Positions 58,661 to 64,000 of a stretch of 64,000 bases of DNA are shown here, piece by piece. Where the stretch lies: NCBI GenBank assembly GCA_002189035.1, contig CM007990.1, positions 806,001-870,000 of the forward strand. The letters are read 5' to 3'. Position 1 is the stretch's first letter. Each line of letters starts with the position of its first letter. The position numbers and the translations under genes are program-made. The notes under the pieces were generated by a model, which was given only the letters and a program-made list of their open reading frames with translations, was not told the origin of the DNA and did no database searches. This stretch comes from Utricularia gibba. Taxonomy: Eukaryota; Plantae; Magnoliophyta.

Positions 58661-60425
58661 TCAAGGCTTGTGCATTTTGAAGCCAAAAACTCTAGGAACG
58701 TAGCTCTGTGTTGGCTTCTGTGGCTTGAGATGTCCGTATGTCATCAAGAACAGATGCGGAAATGTAGTGCCGAAATATGCTCCATCAATATCTTTCAAAG
58801 TCAAGGAAAAATTGAGGATGGAAGAAAGTTAAAAAAAGTAAATGAAACAAGAAATAAACCACAAAAAAATGTGAGATATGATTGACTCTTGATAGTAAAA
58901 AAAAGGGACAAGGATACTGCCTTGGTACTTGGAACGAGGATAGTAGACGTCCTCGCATTTGGGACAATAAATCTTTGCGGTACTGGAGCGAGGGATGTCT
59001 GACTGACCAACTGGAAGGCAAGGCTGCCCACAGCAATAAACTCTAGGGCATCTTCCGAAGTCATAGTTTTTGTACTTCTCCAACTGTGGTATGTCTCAGA
59101 TCAAGGTGATGAAAGAAAACAACAGATGGAGATACTAAATATGGAAAATTAAAATACTACTAGAACTAATGATATTACCATGGCAGCCATCCCCTTGGTT
59201 GTCAAAATGTACCGAACATGAATAAGTCCATACAGCATTTCAGCTGCTGATTCAACAAGTTCATTCTGCTCCTCTGTGAACATATCACCTGGGTCACCAT
59301 CAAAGATATTGACACTCTAAACACGAACAGAGTAAGGGAAAAACAAAGGATATAGAAATATTTAATACCATGAGAGGACTCAACATCCAGAATAAGGTCA
59401 AGAGCATAATCATAGTATGGTACTTGGCTACTCAATCCACAAAGATTAAAATCATCCTGAATATACTCATCATCGACCTCGCAGAAGAACTCATTTCCCC
59501 GCAGGTTGCAAAACCATGAAATCCATGAGGTATCATCGCCCTCGGAACCACTCACATCAGATTCTTCACTGTCTGTTTCAGATTCCTCTGAAAAATAGGT
59601 TGTTATCCACAAGTATACATCGGTAAAGTTGACTTTTAATTATATGAAAACTAAATACGAACAGAATAAAAAAATATTTGCGTGCAAGAACATAGTAAAC
59701 AGGCACCTTTATCTACCACAACAAAAGAAAAAACCTTCAGGGAACTTTCCAAGGAGGTACTAGGTTTCAAGATAAAAATCAGAAAGCACACAAAAAAGAG
59801 GCTCGTTAGAATACCATACTCAAAAATCATAATTAAAACATGGCAAGTGACACTCTTAAAACATTTCTAGCTTCTTAAAATTTGCGCCAGATCTCGGACA
59901 TAACTCAACCGTTGATGGAGAAAGCACTCTTAAAACTGGTTACTGCTCCAAAACGTCGTTCTTATTTGAAGTAAACTAGTCACACCACGAGTCAAGTCAC
60001 AGCTAGGGGAATTCTAAACTCGCGAATACATGGGCACAAATTCAGAAGCTACATTTTCAGCATCTCGGATGGCAACAAGAAGAAAACTTATCCACAACCA
60101 CTTGAATATTGAAAAAAGCAAGCAGGACAAGCTCAAGAGCAGCAGCTTAACCAACCGAACTAGCTACAGCAAACAAAAAACAAACACCTTGGTCTATACC
60201 GTCAGAGAGCTTGTTTTTGTTCGCGGATAGAGCCGACGAAGAACGGTTGTCCCTGGACTCAAAATTCTTCCCAACGGAGGCCACGGAAGACATGGCACCC
60301 TTGTTTCTAGAGGTCGAAGGCGACGACCTGTCCAATTGCTTGTCCAACACATCGTTGATTCGTTTCCGATCCAGCGTCTCCCCGCCGCCCTTCGATGAGC
60401 CGCCGACCCCCCGATCTCTGTACAT
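58661..60425 (-). CDS. CKB: Casein kinase II regulatory beta subunit
   Basis: [57 protein letters not shown] and [15 protein letters not shown]. Confidence 0.96.
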
Positions 60426-62037
60426 GCTTGGCCCGATTCCCGAAATCTAGATCCTGCCCTAAAAATCTACAAGCACGCAATCGAAACAAGGTGAAGGAAG
60501 ATCATTCGCCACGACTACCCCTCTGATGGAAGAGGTGAAATGACAGCTAGGGTTTTCTTCGATTACGAGAAAATAGGTGTAAAAGAAATCATCAAAAAAG
60601 AAAAAATATTTATTAATACTGTACACACATTTCGGTCTGGATCATGACATCCCTAGTGTTGGTCCGGTTTAATCCCCCGAATATAATAGTTATTTTATAA
60701 ACATTTTTGAATATTCGTATGACTTTTTAATACTCTTTGGTATTGTTTCATTTCAAAAAAAATATTTTCGTGTTACAAATATAGATTCCAAATATTAAAA
60801 AATAGACATTTTAGAAGGCTTCAATTTTTTTAATATTAAAAAATTGTTGAAGCATTTCTAAATTTTTTAATCACTTTTTTGGAGCATATTTATCGGAACT
60901 ATCTTTTCACATGAGTTTTAATAGTCAATCGTGTGTCTTTGATTTTTATAATAATATTTTAAATATTTAAAGTTATTTCTTAAACTTAAATTTAATTATA
61001 GTTATACATATGATTATTTATTAAATTATCATATCAAACAAATATTTAGGATCTATTTGAAATGGATTTTTAAAAATAAATAAAAAATGTGATTCTATAA
61101 AAGTGTTTTTTTTTTGTGTAATTTATGTTTGGTTCACCAGTTTTAAATAGATAGAAACGAAATGTATTTTTTCTGTAACTTGTTTCATGTAAAGTATCTC
61201 TTTATATTACTAATTTGTCCTCTAATTTTTTGTAATTTTGCATCGTTGTAAAATAGAGTGAGGATAAATAATTTGTTGAAATTTAAAATAAATTAAAAGT
61301 TATATAAGTAAAATACATTTCATAAATATTTCATTTTTTTATTGAAACAGAGATCTCTTAATTCATTATCTAAAAAACGAAATCATTTCACTATTTCAGT
61401 TACATGTGAAATAGAATTAACTCGAAAATCATTTATAGAAATGTTTTTATTGAAATTGGAATAACATCAAACTTACCCTTATTGATATGCAAGATTCTTT
61501 TTTACTCCCTTGAGAACATAGTATAGTTTATAATAAAACAATACTTGACAAGTAAATATAATATGGCATTATGGAATTTTAACTACATTTTAAAAAATAA
61601 ATTTTAATTTTAATTTTTTGTATTATAATACAATTTAAAATGCAATAAACTCCTCAAATGAGATTTAAAAAAGGGTAATAATTACTTTTTGTGTTTTAGG
61701 GTTTAATTTGTAAAAAGGTTTGTGAGATGGTATAAAGTGGTACACCTCCTTCAAAATCGTGTTTGTGCCACGTCAGAATTTAGGATTTGGGGAGGAATAT
61801 ATGGGGTGCGGCTTCTTCCGCTTTCTTTTGTGTATAAAAACCTCCAGATTTCCATATCGTTGCTAGGGTTTCGTAGATTTGCGGATTTGTTGCGCAATTT
61901 CTCTTCCAGCTGTTGTCTTAAGGTTAGTATGTTATTGGGTTCTTGGTAATTTTTAGTGGGCGATGTTGTTATCGTTGTTGTTTCACATGCGTTTATTGTT
62001 TTGTGGGTGAAGTATTGTTGTGTGATTTTCGAGAAGG

Positions 62038-64000
62038 ATGCCTCCGAGATCGGCGAAAAGGAGAGTGGCGGGCCCCGGCAGCAGGCGAGCTGCTCGGGGG
62101 CGAGGGATGGCGGCGAAGCTTGTGGCACATACCCAGGTTGAGAATCAGACGGAGGAATCAACACCGAAGGCGGATGAAGAGGTTGGGTTTGGGGAAGCAG
62201 TAAAGATCGATGAGAGCGTAAAGGCTGACGAAGTGGAGGAACAATTGGTTGAGGTTAAAGAGGTGGATACCGTGGAAAAGATACCAGTGGAGGAAATAAT
62301 TGTGGATAAGGATACAGATTGTGGTGCAAAAATAACGGGGGAAGAGGAGATATTGGAGCATAAGGAGGCGGGAATTGTGGAGGTGTTGGAAGAAGAGGAG
62401 ACTGAAGTTGATTCTAAAACTGATTTGGTTTTGGGGGAGACAGAGGCTGCAATTATGGAGGAGGTGGAGGAGCAAAAACTGAACGAGAATGAGGATGATC
62501 TACTCAAAAGTGAGTACATACTGTTTTTTCTGCCAAAAAAGTTTTATTTTGTGCAACATTCTGCTCAAGCTTGAAAGGGGGAAGCCTTGCGAATGAATGG
62601 CTTTATTTAGTGTGCATTATGTTGCATTTGGGAGTCGTTCTCATGGTCACCATGGTGGCTGCTATTGGATAAGAATTAGTTAAGCAATGGAAGCTAGAGG
62701 CGATGATATGATTTGGCCTGAGTTTTAAACTTCACCCAATAATTACGTTATTGCATCCTGAATTCATGAACTGCCTTCAGTTCAATGGTCTTAAACAGAG
62801 TTCTTCTCTGTGTCTGGATACATATCTTATGCGGCCAATCAACAGAGTTCTCTTTTTTCAAGGACACTGTCCTCCCAAGATGCGTGATTGTCTCATAATT
62901 ATGATTCACGCATTTTCTTCCAAGTTTGGTGTTTTATTCGTAAATCAAGAGTTGCAATGGTTCAACTGTTGACTTATTATTGGGTGTCTCTATCTTGTTG
63001 CTTAAACCTAGGTCATGACTACACAAAAGAATCGAATGATGAGTATGAGAAAGATGAGAAGTTGGAATTGGAGGATAATGATCCTGATTATGAGCCTGAA
63101 GATTATGGTGGTGTATACTACGATGAGAGAGAACTGGAGCAGGATCACCTTGAGGGCGGGAAAATAGATGAAGATACAGATGAAGTTCTTGAAGTTGAAG
63201 ATGAGGGCAATGGAGTTCTAGGAACAGATACTAACGATGAACTTGAACATGATGAAGATGATGTGCCGGCTGTAGTGGAGCATGCTGATATGGTTGATGC
63301 TGTTGAGGACGAAGAACATAAAGAAGTGGTCAAGGAAAGACTGAAGCGGAAGGAATTTGAAATATTTGTTGGAGGTTTGGACAAGGATGCAACTGAGAGT
63401 GATTTGCGCAAGGTTTTCAGTGAAGTTGGTGAGGTCACCGAAGTCAGACTTATGATGAATCCACTGACGAAAAAGAACAAAGGTTTTGCTTTCCTGCGGT
63501 TTGCAACTGTTGAGCAAGCAAAGCGAGCCTGTATTCAGCTGAAAAATCCTCTGGTATATCCTCATCAAAATTTTTGTCTTGTTTCCACTTTTTTCCTCTG
63601 CTTACTATTTTAGCAACCACTGGACTACAGATTCATGGAAAACAGTGTGGTGTTACTCCAAGCCAAGACAGTGATACTCTATTCTTAGGTAACATATCCA
63701 GGAATTGGACAAAAGAAGCTGTAAGTATTGCTATATTTCACTTTATGCATTAAACGATTAAACAGGAAGTTTCTGGTCGACCATGTTTTTACTTTTTGTG
63801 CTGTCAGTTGAAAGAGAAGTTGGGGCGATATGGTGTTAAGAATGTAGAGGATTTGACTCTGGTTGAAGATAGCAACAATACAGGGATGAACCGAGGATTT
63901 GCATTTTTGGAGTTTTCTTCTCGAGCTGATGCCATGGATGCTTTTAAGCATCTTCAGAAAAGAGATGTATTCTTTGGAGTGGATAGACCCGCAAAGGTTT
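62038..64000 (+). CDS. hnRNP Q/R-like multi-RRM protein with acidic N-terminus, truncated by the window end
   Basis: MPPRSAKR start, D/E-rich region, RRM1 (IFVGGL...KGFAFLRF) and RRM2 (LFLGNI...RGFAFLEF). Confidence 0.92.

Overview
Eudicot plant nuclear DNA, with no rRNA, tRNA or CRISPR found. Both flanks are ordinary conserved gene neighbourhoods. The left flank has PLATZ and a HAM/SCL6 GRAS gene with a miR171 site. The right flank has KRTCAP2, SEC61-beta, SPL8, an alpha/beta-hydrolase, a KH protein, a PTPMT/DSP8 phosphatase, a PPR protein, metacaspase-1, CK2-beta and an hnRNP-type RRM gene cut by the window end. Between them (~12.1-33.1 kb) lies an accessory island built from a small intronless hydrophobic-protein family. 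It holds two intact genes ('X-A' 17002-17463 and 'X-B' 23032-23478), one frameshifted copy (X-C) and a distant paralog ('Z') present only as fragments. It also holds five duplicated TATA-promoter cassettes, each reading into inverted duplications of X/Z sequence. These form at least seven long fold-backs with 110-490 bp stems, and the two arms of several hairpins share private substitutions. The best interpretation, which is inference, is a young and expanding hairpin-RNA/siRNA array aimed at its own neighbouring gene family. The island also carries a processed gene fragment, a relic VAP27 exon and solo LTRs. SPL8 has a nonsense codon in a conserved C-terminal motif and metacaspase-1 has a 1-nt frameshift. 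All pairing and alignment was done by eye; no folding or database search was run.
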